DNA of 30,049 nucleotides from an uncultured Dehalococcoidia bacterium (GTDB lineage: Bacteria > Chloroflexota > Dehalococcoidia > SM23-28-2). Location: positions 1-30,049 of the forward strand of contig CAZXAF010000001.1 of the NCBI GenBank assembly GCA_964638905.1, given 5' to 3'. Position 1 is the first letter of the stretch. The number at the start of each line of letters is the position of its first letter. Made by a program: the position numbers and the translations under genes. This document shows, one piece after another, positions 16,753-25,047 of this stretch. A model generated the notes under the pieces. The model saw only the letters and a list, made by a program, of their open reading frames with translations. It had not been told where the DNA came from and did no database searches.

Positions 16753-19152
16753 ATGGCCCACCCTGGCCGGCGTGAACGAACACTCGTCTTAGTAGCCACC
16801 GCCCTGGCGTTTGCCGCCTTCTTAGTGGGGCTGGGAATCTCCCCCCCGCTGAGTGCTTCTCCCCCCGATATGGCATCTTCCCAATCGCTGCTGGGGCCGG
16901 AAGAGCAGGCTCTCGTAGACCTGATCAACGCCTATCGGCTGGAGAAAGGCATATCGCCCCTGATTGTTTCGCCAACCTTGACCCACGCTGCTCGATGGAT
17001 GAGCCAGGACATGGCTGGAAACGGATACATGAACCATACCGACTCTCTGGGGCGGGACTTCCGCCAGCGGCTGGCAGACTTCGGCTACGACTACAACACC
17101 TACATCGGCGAAGACCTGGCGAGAGCCAATGATAATTACCAGACCACATTCCTGCTCTGGCAGAGCAGCCCTGGCCACGAGGCCAACATGCTCAGTCCCA
17201 ACTACCGCGTTATCGGCGTCAGCCGCACCCACGACGGTATCTCCAGCTATGGCTGGTACTGGGTTGCTGACTTCGGCGGATATGACGATAGCGGCGTCCC
17301 GCCGCTGCTGACCATCGAGCCGGCACCCACGCCCACACCTATACCTACACCTACACCTACGCCCACTCCTATCCCAACGCCTACACCCCCACCCACCCTC
17401 ACGCCAGAATCGGAGAGCCATGTCCTCCCCTGGACCACCGGCCCCGCCTCATCTCACATGGAGGACGACACCCTCCACAATTGCCCTCAGCCAGGCAGTT
17501 GGGCAATTTCCGTCTGGAACGGCGCCGATAGCACTGAGACCGGTGAGGTACTAGACACCTGCGGTGAGGGGAATGTGGACTTCGCATACTACATCGACCC
17601 GGATACCCAGGACTGGCTGCACTACTTCGTCGGCCTCACAGAGTTCAGCGATCTTCCGGCGGTGGACAATGGGCAGGCGGTCATCACCCACGGCGCAGCA
17701 GGTGTCCCGCCGCCTACCCCAACAAGCCCCGACGTCGGGCCCGTGGCCGATAAGTGGACGCTGTGGACGGAAGGCACTCGCCTGCGGGGCGCCAACATCT
17801 ACCAGCGCCGCGTGTACCCCGAGCTGGACGACAGCTCGATGGGAACCGGCCCTGTCGGCCCCCCCTACACGCAAGAGGACTTCGACCGGCTGGCGGCGCT
17901 AGGCGCCAACTACGTCAATATCTCGCACCCCGGCCTGTTCAGCGAGACCCCGCCCTACACCCTGGATCAGGGCATCCAGGACAACCTGGACAGCCTGCTG
18001 GACATGATCGCCGAAGCCGACATGTTCGCCGTGATCAGCTTCCGCACCGGCCCGGGCCGCAGCGAGTTCACTTTCTTCCACGACGAGGTCGGCACCTGGT
18101 TCGATGACAGCTATCTCAATGACTCCGTGTGGCAAGACCAGGCAGCGCAGGATGCTTGGGTGGCCATGTGGCGCCAGACGGCGGAACGCTACCGCAACAA
18201 CCCGATCGTTGCCGGCTACGACCTGATGGTCGAGCCGAACGCCAACGACGTCTGGCTGGACATCTGGGAGCCGGAGGAGTTCTATCCGACCTATGCCAAC
18301 ACGCTGTACGACTGGAACCAGCTCCACCCCCGCATCACCACCGCCATCCGCGAGGTGGACGCCGACACGCCCATCCTGATCGGCGGCATGAGCTATAGCG
18401 CCGTCGAGTGGCTGCCTTACCTCCAGCCGAACGCAGACACCCGCACCGTCTACACAGCGCACCAATACCAGCCGTTTCAATACACGCACCAAACGCCTCC
18501 CCTGGAACACACCTACCCGGGGGTGTTCGACACAGACTGGGACGGCATCGACGACGAGGTCGACCGCGCCTGGCTGGAGGGCCTGCTGTCCGCGGTTGGT
18601 ACGTTCGCGTCAGCACACAGCGCTCCGATGGCGATCAATGAATTCGGCGTCATGCGCTGGGAGCCTGGCGCCGCCGACTTCATGGACGACCAGATGGACC
18701 TCTTCGAGGACCTGGGCATGAACCACGCGCTGTGGCTGTGGGAAGCGTCGTGGGAACCGCGAGCGGCAATGGACGATGGCTTCAACTTCCTTCACGGCCC
18801 GGACCCTGACCACCACACCGACGTATCATCGAGCGACCTGATCGACGTCATCGTTCAGTACTGGGGACGCAATACGATACGGCCATCGAACTTCAGCGAG
18901 GAGGCAACCGCTCAGGGAACCCTGCACAACTGTCCCCAGCCGGGCAAGTGGGTGCTATCCGTCTGGACCGGCGCTGATGGCACTGACATCAGCGAGGCCG
19001 TCGCCAGTTGCACGGAGGCAACGGTGGCAGCCGCCTACTGGGTCGACCCCCAGTGCCAGGAGTGGAAGCACTACTTCAGCGCGCTGCCCGAGATCACCAC
19101 TCTGAAGACCCTGGACTGGATGCAGGCAGTCATCACCCTCGGCAAGAAGTGA
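16753..19152 (+). CDS. Secreted multidomain protein: CAP/SCP domain - Pro/Thr linker - module A - GH5-like catalytic domain - module A'
   Basis: CAP motifs LVDLINAYR, MNHTDSLG, IGEDLA, WQSSPGHEANML, IGVS, YWVADFG. GH5-like LRGANI, GANYVNI, GYDLMVEPN, YTAHQY, INEFG. Two 75-aa TLHNCPQPG modules. Confidence 0.8.
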   Translation: MAHPGRRERTLVLVATALAFAAFLVGLGISPPLSASPPDMASSQSLLGPEEQALVDLINAYRLEKGISPLIVSPTLTHAARWMSQDMAGNGYMNHTDSLGRDFRQRLADFGYDYNTYIGEDLARANDNYQTTFLLWQSSPGHEANMLSPNYRVIGVSRTHDGISSYGWYWVADFGGYDDSGVPPLLTIEPAPTPTPIPTPTPTPTPIPTPTPPPTLTPESESHVLPWTTGPASSHMEDDTLHNCPQPGSWAISVWNGADSTETGEVLDTCGEGNVDFAYYIDPDTQDWLHYFVGLTEFSDLPAVDNGQAVITHGAAGVPPPTPTSPDVGPVADKWTLWTEGTRLRGANIYQRRVYPELDDSSMGTGPVGPPYTQEDFDRLAALGANYVNISHPGLFSETPPYTLDQGIQDNLDSLLDMIAEADMFAVISFRTGPGRSEFTFFHDEVGTWFDDSYLNDSVWQDQAAQDAWVAMWRQTAERYRNNPIVAGYDLMVEPNANDVWLDIWEPEEFYPTYANTLYDWNQLHPRITTAIREVDADTPILIGGMSYSAVEWLPYLQPNADTRTVYTAHQYQPFQYTHQTPPLEHTYPGVFDTDWDGIDDEVDRAWLEGLLSAVGTFASAHSAPMAINEFGVMRWEPGAADFMDDQMDLFEDLGMNHALWLWEASWEPRAAMDDGFNFLHGPDPDHHTDVSSSDLIDVIVQYWGRNTIRPSNFSEEATAQGTLHNCPQPGKWVLSVWTGADGTDISEAVASCTEATVAAAYWVDPQCQEWKHYFSALPEITTLKTLDWMQAVITLGKK
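17320..17406 (+). repeat. Pro/Thr low-complexity linker
   Basis: Encodes [29 protein letters not shown]. Confidence 0.9.
17470..19143 (+). repeat. Intragenic duplicated 225-nt module (17470-17694 and 18919-19143)
   Basis: TLHNCPQPGSWAISVWNGAD...C...AYYIDPDTQDWLHYF...QAVITHG versus TLHNCPQPGKWVLSVWTGAD...C...AYWVDPQCQEWKHYF...QAVITLG; equal length. Confidence 0.9.
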
Positions 19153-19164
19153 GCGAACCCCTGA

Positions 19165-20442
19165 TCAGTGAACGGGAAGCTCCACCGTGATGGTGGTACC
19201 CATGCCGGGGTAGCTGTCCACTCGTATCGCGCCCCGGTGGCCCTCCACGATCCACTTGGCGATCGCCAGCCCCAGACCAGCTCCGCCCTCCTCCCGCGAG
19301 CGCGCCTTGTCCACCCGGTAGAAGCGATCGAACACGTGGGGGAGCATGTCCGGCGGGATGCCCCTGCCCGAGTCCCTGACCTGCACCACGGCTTTGCCGC
19401 CATCCGCCGCCAGCGTCAGCACCACCGTGCCCGCTGCGTCCGTGAACTTCATAGCGTTGTCCAGCAGGATGAGCAGAAGCTCCCTCAGCCGCAACTCATC
19501 CCCTCTGACCCGCGCCGGCCCGTCGACCCGGACGTCTAGCTGAAGCCCCTTCTTGTCGGCCAGCACCCTCACCTGCTTCCCCACGTCTTCCACCAGGTCG
19601 TGGAGGGCGATCTCCGTGAAGGCGAAGGTCGTCGCTCCTGCGTCCGCCTTTGCCAGAGTGAGCAACTGACTGACAAGGGTGCTCAGCCTGTCAGTCTCAG
19701 AGATGATATCGTCCACCGACCCCTTGCTGGCTCCAACCGTCTTCCGCGGATGACGCTGCAGTAGCTCCGCGTTGGCCCGGATCAACGACAGAGGCGTGCG
19801 CAGCTCGTGGGAGGCATCGGCCACGAACGCCTGCTGGCGGTCCATCGCATCGCTTATCGGCCGGAGGGCCCGCCCGGCGAGGAAGAAGCCCGCAACCAGG
19901 GCGAGCACCAGCCCGACGCCTCCACCGCCGCCGAGAATGAAGACCAGGCGTCGCAGCGCTTCCTGCTCCGGCTCTATGCTCCTGCCCACCTCCAGAACCA
20001 CCCTGCCCCCCCAGGGGCTCTCCACCGGCACCACGTACACCCGCAGGTTCTCACCGGTGGACGAGTCCGTATTGTCGAAAGTGGGATGGCCGGTCGCCGC
20101 CTTATCGATTGCCTCCTGACTTGCCAGCCCCTCGGGGTCAACATTGGACGTACCGCCCACCAACTGGCCGTCGCGGTCCACCAGGGCGTAGAAGTAGCCG
20201 CTTGCCGTGAAGGCAGGCCCCACGATGATGTTCCGCAGCGGCTGCTGGCGTTGGCCCTGCTCTAAGAGCCTTGGGGCCAGCGAGCGCACCTCGGTAGTGG
20301 CGCGGTCGCGTAGGCTATCGTCAACGGCGTCCAACAGGACGGCGCGAGCGGTGAAGAAAACGGCCACGCCGATAACGCTCAGGATCAGGGCCAGGACAGC
20401 CACGAACCAGAGGGTCAGCCGCCAGCGTGTAGAGGCAAACAT
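19165..20442 (-). CDS. Membrane sensor histidine kinase (HisKA + HATPase)
   Basis: Two TM helices around an extracytoplasmic domain; FVADASHELRTPL; LLDNAMKFT; VRDSGRGI; FDRFYRVD; GAGLGLAI. No room for a full HAMP domain between TM2 and the H-box. Confidence 0.95.
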   Translation of the reverse strand: MFASTRWRLTLWFVAVLALILSVIGVAVFFTARAVLLDAVDDSLRDRATTEVRSLAPRLLEQGQRQQPLRNIIVGPAFTASGYFYALVDRDGQLVGGTSNVDPEGLASQEAIDKAATGHPTFDNTDSSTGENLRVYVVPVESPWGGRVVLEVGRSIEPEQEALRRLVFILGGGGGVGLVLALVAGFFLAGRALRPISDAMDRQQAFVADASHELRTPLSLIRANAELLQRHPRKTVGASKGSVDDIISETDRLSTLVSQLLTLAKADAGATTFAFTEIALHDLVEDVGKQVRVLADKKGLQLDVRVDGPARVRGDELRLRELLLILLDNAMKFTDAAGTVVLTLAADGGKAVVQVRDSGRGIPPDMLPHVFDRFYRVDKARSREEGGAGLGLAIAKWIVEGHRGAIRVDSYPGMGTTITVELPVH

Positions 20443-20444
20443 GA

Positions 20445-21122
20445 CTATCGCCCAAGGAAGTAGCCAACGCCCCGAATGGTGCCGATGAGCTTGTCGGGGT
20501 GGCCCTTGTCAACCTTCCGCCGGAGGTAGGAAACGTAGACATCCACCAGATTGGAATCGGGGGTGTGGTCGTAGCCCCAAAGATGGTCCAGGATCTGAGT
20601 ACGGGTGATCACCCGCCCCTCGTTGCGCATGAGGAACTCCAGCAGCGCGAACTCCTTGGGGCTCAGCTCGATGAGCCGGCCGGCCCGTTCCGCTCGTCGT
20701 CGGTTCAAGTCGAGCACGAGATCAGCGGTCTGCAACCGATCGGCCTCCCGTGCCTGGACACGGCGGCGGCCCAGAGCGCGCAGGCGGGCCAGGAGCTCCT
20801 GGAAGGCGAAGGGCTTGCCCAGGTAGTCGTCGGCGCCGGCGTCCAGTCCCCGCACACGGTCCTGCACATCGCCCAGGGCGGTGAGCAGGAGGATGGGCGT
20901 ATCCACCCGGTTCTTACGCAGCGCCTGGCAGACCTCGATCCCGTTGATCCCCGGCAGCAAAATGTCCAGGACGATGACGTCGTGTGAGCCCTCCATGCCC
21001 ATGGCCAGCCCTTCCTCGCCGTCGTAGGCCAGGTCCACCGTGTGCCCCTCCTCCTCCAGGACACGCCGTACCAGTTGGGCCAGCCGTCGTTCGTCCTCTA
21101 CCACCAGCACGTACATCTTCAC
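20445..21122 (-). CDS. OmpR/PhoB-family response regulator
   Basis: VLVVEDE, phospho-Asp in LDILLPG, GADDYLGKPF, winged helix LSPKEFALL...VDVYVSYLRRK...TIRGVGY. The true start may be ATG at 21116. Confidence 0.96.
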   Translation of the reverse strand: MKMYVLVVEDERRLAQLVRRVLEEEGHTVDLAYDGEEGLAMGMEGSHDVIVLDILLPGINGIEVCQALRKNRVDTPILLLTALGDVQDRVRGLDAGADDYLGKPFAFQELLARLRALGRRRVQAREADRLQTADLVLDLNRRRAERAGRLIELSPKEFALLEFLMRNEGRVITRTQILDHLWGYDHTPDSNLVDVYVSYLRRKVDKGHPDKLIGTIRGVGYFLGR

Positions 21123-21152
21123 TCACTCCTGCTCTGCCTATTGTAGACGAAA

Positions 21153-21229
21153 AACATTAAAGAAACGTTAAGGACTTCCCCTCCCATCATTGAAATACCC
21201 TAACCCTCTTTCAATGTGCCTTTAACGTT
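21153..21229. promoter_or_regulatory. Candidate OmpR-type binding boxes in the divergent intergenic region
   Basis: Direct repeats AACATTAAAG (21153-62) and AACGTTAAGG (21164-73) with 11-bp period; reverse copy CCTTTAACGTT (21219-29); palindrome CATTGAAA...TTTCAATG (21188-21216). Confidence 0.5.
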
Positions 21230-21312
21230 GGTGGGCTAACCTCTGTAGTAGAGGTTATTTGCAGGGATGGAGGAGGCCCAGGGTCTCCTTCGGGGTAGCA
21301 AAGGAGGAGAGG

Positions 21313-22026
21313 ATGAGAAAGATCACGATCGCAGTGCTGGCCATTGTGCTTGCCGGCGCAGCGCTCGTTGGCGGCGGCATCGGCCTGGCGACAGCCCAGG
21401 GCGATGACGACCCGGTGCAGACCTTACTGGGCCGCGTTGCCGACAAGCTGGGCATCGGCGAGGACGAGCTCCGCTCAGCCATGACCGAGGCCGAGCAGGA
21501 CGCCGTCGATGAGCGGGTGGCCGAGGGCAAGCTGACCGAGGAGCAAGGCGAGCGCATCAAAGAGCGCATACAAGAGCAGGGCCTGCTCGGCCCGGCCATT
21601 CGCGACGCCATCGGCGACCGTATCCGCGAGCGCGTCCGCCAACAAGATCAGCGGCTCACAACGGAGGCGGCAGCGACGGTGCTGGGCATGGAGCCCGCAG
21701 AGCTTCTGGACCAACTGAAGGACGGCAAGACGCTGGCCGAGGTCGCTGAGGCGCAGGGCATGGCCGTGGACGACTTCAAGACCGCCTTGCTGGCTCAGGC
21801 CCAGCAGGAACTGGATGCACGCGTCGCCGAGGAAAAGCTCACCGAACAGCAGGCCGAGACGATCTACGGAGGCATCGAGGAGAACATCGACCGCATCGTG
21901 AATGCCCAACCGGCGTCTCCTGCCCCTCGCTTCGACTGCCACTGTCAGTGCGGTCCTGCCGGCGGTCCTCCCGGCGGTGCCAATGGCGCGGGTTCCAACG
22001 GCCCCCTTGAGGAGCCACAGGCCTAG
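21313..22026 (+). CDS. Exported helical hypothetical protein
   Basis: ATG at 21313 follows AAGGAGGAGAGG; signal peptide MRKITIAVLAIVLAGAALVGGGIGLATA; internal repeat (VAEGKLTEEQ / VAEEKLTEQQ); GKTLAEVAEAQG. Confidence 0.8.
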   Translation: MRKITIAVLAIVLAGAALVGGGIGLATAQGDDDPVQTLLGRVADKLGIGEDELRSAMTEAEQDAVDERVAEGKLTEEQGERIKERIQEQGLLGPAIRDAIGDRIRERVRQQDQRLTTEAAATVLGMEPAELLDQLKDGKTLAEVAEAQGMAVDDFKTALLAQAQQELDARVAEEKLTEQQAETIYGGIEENIDRIVNAQPASPAPRFDCHCQCGPAGGPPGGANGAGSNGPLEEPQA

Positions 22027-22080
22027 AAAGAGCACGACGCCCAACCAACGGAGAAATCGGAGCCCTCACAACCTACCGAA

Positions 22081-22116
22081 AAGGCAGAAGGTCGCTCGGC
22101 GGCCTTCTGCCTTCTT
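22081..22116 (+). terminator. Intrinsic terminator
   Basis: AAGGCAGAAGGTCGC-TCG-GCGGCCTTCTGCCTT followed by CTT. Confidence 0.75.
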
Positions 22117-22261
22117 GGGCAAGCCCTTCGGGGGTTGATCAGCCTCTCACCGACGGCTTTCACCATCTCCCAGCTAGTCGCTCAGCACTATCAGCGCAAC
22201 ACCTGCTATAATCGACCGCAGCGTACTCTGCCCGATGTGGCTTTGATGGTGGGAGGTCACT

Positions 22262-22993
22262 ATGAAGACTTGGCTCATCGCAGTCGCCCTCGGTTTCGCC
22301 GCCGTCGCGTCAGTCGTCGGGGTGGGCTGCGGCGGAGACGGCGAGGAAGGCCCTTCGGCAACGGCCACTCCAGTCGACAGGGCAACGCTGGAGGACATGC
22401 TCTCGAGGATGATCATCACAGTGGAGGATCTGCCCGCTGGCTTCGCTCTGCAGGATCCCGGAGAGCAATTCACCGACAACGAGGAGGCCGTCGAAGTCGA
22501 CCCGACGGGACAACTGGCGACCCTCAGTCGCCTGGACGAGTGGGGACGGCTCCTGGGATACAGGGCCGCCTATATGACCAACGACCCTATAGGCACCTAT
22601 ATGCAAGGCGGCATCGCCACGATCACCGTCTCGGTGAGCATCTTCGAGACTGCGGAGGGAGCTGAGGCCAGCCTGGAATGGGGTAGGGGGGTGGCTAATG
22701 ACCCCGCGCAGGCAGCGAGCATGGTCCCTGGTGTGCTCACTCTTGAGACGGAGCCGATGTCCTTCCCCAGCATCGGCGATGAGATGCTGGCTGGTAAGTA
22801 CACAGGCACAATCCGGCCGCAGGGCATGGACGTTGAGATCGACGTTGACTTCGTGGCTCACGTGGTCGCCTTCAGGCAAGATCGAGTTGTCGCTCAGCTC
22901 CTGGTGTCTGCAATAGGCGGCGCCGAGCCAGGACAGGAAGTGGAAGACATGGTCCGCCTTCTGGACGAACGGATCACTGAGGTAATCGAGTAG
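22262..22993 (+). CDS. Hypothetical lipoprotein
   Basis: GGGAGG RBS; signal peptide ending VGVGC-GG; acidic mature region; extended -10 TGCTATAAT near 22203-11. Confidence 0.8.
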   Translation: MKTWLIAVALGFAAVASVVGVGCGGDGEEGPSATATPVDRATLEDMLSRMIITVEDLPAGFALQDPGEQFTDNEEAVEVDPTGQLATLSRLDEWGRLLGYRAAYMTNDPIGTYMQGGIATITVSVSIFETAEGAEASLEWGRGVANDPAQAASMVPGVLTLETEPMSFPSIGDEMLAGKYTGTIRPQGMDVEIDVDFVAHVVAFRQDRVVAQLLVSAIGGAEPGQEVEDMVRLLDERITEVIE

Positions 22994-23011
22994 AAGGCGG
23001 CCTCGCCGCTG

Positions 23012-24289
23012 TCATTCGTGGCGCAAGGCCTCGATGGGATTCAGACGAGAGGCATTGAAGGCGGGATAGATACCGAAGAAGAGGCCGATGGCCGCCGACA
23101 CGCCAAAGGCCAGGATCACGGCCACCGCCGACACTTCCGCCCGCACGCTCTGCTCCAGAATGGTGCGGCCGTCCGCAAACGTGGCAAGGGCAACGCCAAG
23201 AACAACTCCCATGAGCCCGCCGGCCATCGTCACCATCAGCGCTTCGATCAGGAACTGCGTGAGAATGTCGGCCCGCGTCGCTCCCACAGCCTTGCGGATG
23301 CCTATCTCCCGGATGCGCTCCGTGACGGAGACCAGCATGATGTTCATGATGCCGATGCCGCCGACCACCAGGGAGATGCCGGCGATAGCCGCCATCGCCG
23401 CCCACAGCGTCTGGGATATCTCCGTCTCGGCGGCCTTCAGGGTGGCCACGTCGCTCTGACTTAGAATCACGAAGTCGTCCTCGTCCACGTTGTGCCGCTC
23501 GCGGAGCAGGGCTGCTATCTCCTCCTCCGCCTGGTCAAAGTCATCCCTGTCCCTCACCTTCACCGTTATCTGGAACACATTGCTGAGCCCTTGAGGATTC
23601 CTCAGAAAGGGAATGCGGGCCTGCATTGTCGGCAGGGGTATGAACATCAGGTCATCCTCATCGCCGGTGGCCGTCGCTCCCTTCGGCTCCATGACCCCGA
23701 TGACCCGGAAGTTGAAGGTGATCATGCCCCCCGGGCCTACCGCCAGGCGCACGCTCTTGCTGAGGGGGTTCTTGTCACCGAAGAGCGTCTGAGCCACCCT
23801 GTGTCCCAGGACAGCCACAAGGCCTTTGCGGGTAACATCGTTATCACTGATGAACTGACCGCTGGCCACATAGAAGTCGCGTACGTACGGGTAGTCGGGC
23901 GTCGTGCCGATGATGGTGGTGCGCGTGTTCTCCGCACCGGCGATCAGTTGAGCCTCGAAGTCGACCTGAGGCGCCACGCCCTCCACATAGGGAAACTTCT
24001 CCGGATCATTGATAGCGTAGGCATCCTCGTCTACCAGGGTCAGCGCTTGGCCCCCATATACCGCCGCTTGGACATTCGATGCCTGCGACTGGCCGGGCCT
24101 GATGAACAGAAGGTTGCTGCCCAGCCCCCGAATGCTCTCCGTGACGCCTTTCTGAGAGCCCTGGCCCACCGCCATGAGGGTGATCACCGCGCTCACGCCG
24201 ATGATGATGCCCAGCATGGTCAGCGACGAGCGCAGCTTGTTGGCAGTCAGAGCGGCGAAGGCACTACGGATTGTGTCGATGATGCTCAT
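23012..24289 (-). CDS. MacB-type ABC transporter permease
   Basis: ANKLRSSLTMLGIIIGV, ISLVVGGIGIMNIMLVSVTERIREIGIRKAVGA, FFGIYPA...LNPIEALRHE. Confidence 0.96.
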   Translation of the reverse strand: MSIIDTIRSAFAALTANKLRSSLTMLGIIIGVSAVITLMAVGQGSQKGVTESIRGLGSNLLFIRPGQSQASNVQAAVYGGQALTLVDEDAYAINDPEKFPYVEGVAPQVDFEAQLIAGAENTRTTIIGTTPDYPYVRDFYVASGQFISDNDVTRKGLVAVLGHRVAQTLFGDKNPLSKSVRLAVGPGGMITFNFRVIGVMEPKGATATGDEDDLMFIPLPTMQARIPFLRNPQGLSNVFQITVKVRDRDDFDQAEEEIAALLRERHNVDEDDFVILSQSDVATLKAAETEISQTLWAAMAAIAGISLVVGGIGIMNIMLVSVTERIREIGIRKAVGATRADILTQFLIEALMVTMAGGLMGVVLGVALATFADGRTILEQSVRAEVSAVAVILAFGVSAAIGLFFGIYPAFNASRLNPIEALRHE

Positions 24290-25032
24290 GCCCCGGAAGC
24301 CTCACCTTCACCGTTACCGCCGAGCGAGGGCCCGCCCGCCGTTGGTGGCCGCTTCGGCAATGAGTTCCGCTCGTCGTCGACGATTTGCCCATCCTGAAGG
24401 CGAACGACCCTGTGAGCGTAGTCCGCGATCTCCCGCTCGTGCGTCACAAGAACAATGGTAATGGCTCGCTCCTCGTTCAGCCGCCGAAAGATATGCATAA
24501 TGTCGTGGCCGGTGGCGGTGTCCAGTGCGCCTGTCGGCTCATCAGCCAGGATCAGCGAGGGATTCGTCACCAGGCAACGGGCGATGGCCACCCTCTGCTG
24601 CTCGCCTCCCGAAAGCTGCGGGGGCCGGTGCGCCAGGCGGTCGGCCAGCCCCAGCTCGGTAAGGGCCTGGACGGCCAGACGCCGCCGGTTGGGCACCCTT
24701 CTATAGAGCAAGGGTAGCTCCACCTGCTCCACCGCTGCCAGGCGGCGAAGGAGGTTGAAGCTCTGGAAGACGAAGCCGATCTTGTGGTTACGGATCACCG
24801 CCAGTTGCTCCTCATCGAAGGCGCTGACCGTCAAGCCATCGAGCTCGTAGGTACCCCCGCTGGGTTTGTCCAGGCAGCCAAGGATATTCAGTAGGGTGGA
24901 CTTGCCGGACCCCGAATGCCCCATGATGGCCAGGAACTCGCCCTCCTCTATTTGCAGGTTGATTCCGCGCAGGGCGGGCACGGGCACATCGCCAGCTAGA
25001 TAGACCTTGATGATATCGGTTAGCTTGACCAC
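24286..25032 (-). CDS. ABC transporter ATP-binding protein (MacB/LolD type)
   Basis: Walker A GHSGSGKS, signature LSGGEQQRV, Walker B ILADEPTG, H-loop VTHE; 4-bp overlap with the permease. Confidence 0.97.
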   Translation of the reverse strand: MVKLTDIIKVYLAGDVPVPALRGINLQIEEGEFLAIMGHSGSGKSTLLNILGCLDKPSGGTYELDGLTVSAFDEEQLAVIRNHKIGFVFQSFNLLRRLAAVEQVELPLLYRRVPNRRRLAVQALTELGLADRLAHRPPQLSGGEQQRVAIARCLVTNPSLILADEPTGALDTATGHDIMHIFRRLNEERAITIVLVTHEREIADYAHRVVRLQDGQIVDDERNSLPKRPPTAGGPSLGGNGEGEASGA

Positions 25033-25047
25033 GGCTCGAATTGTCGC

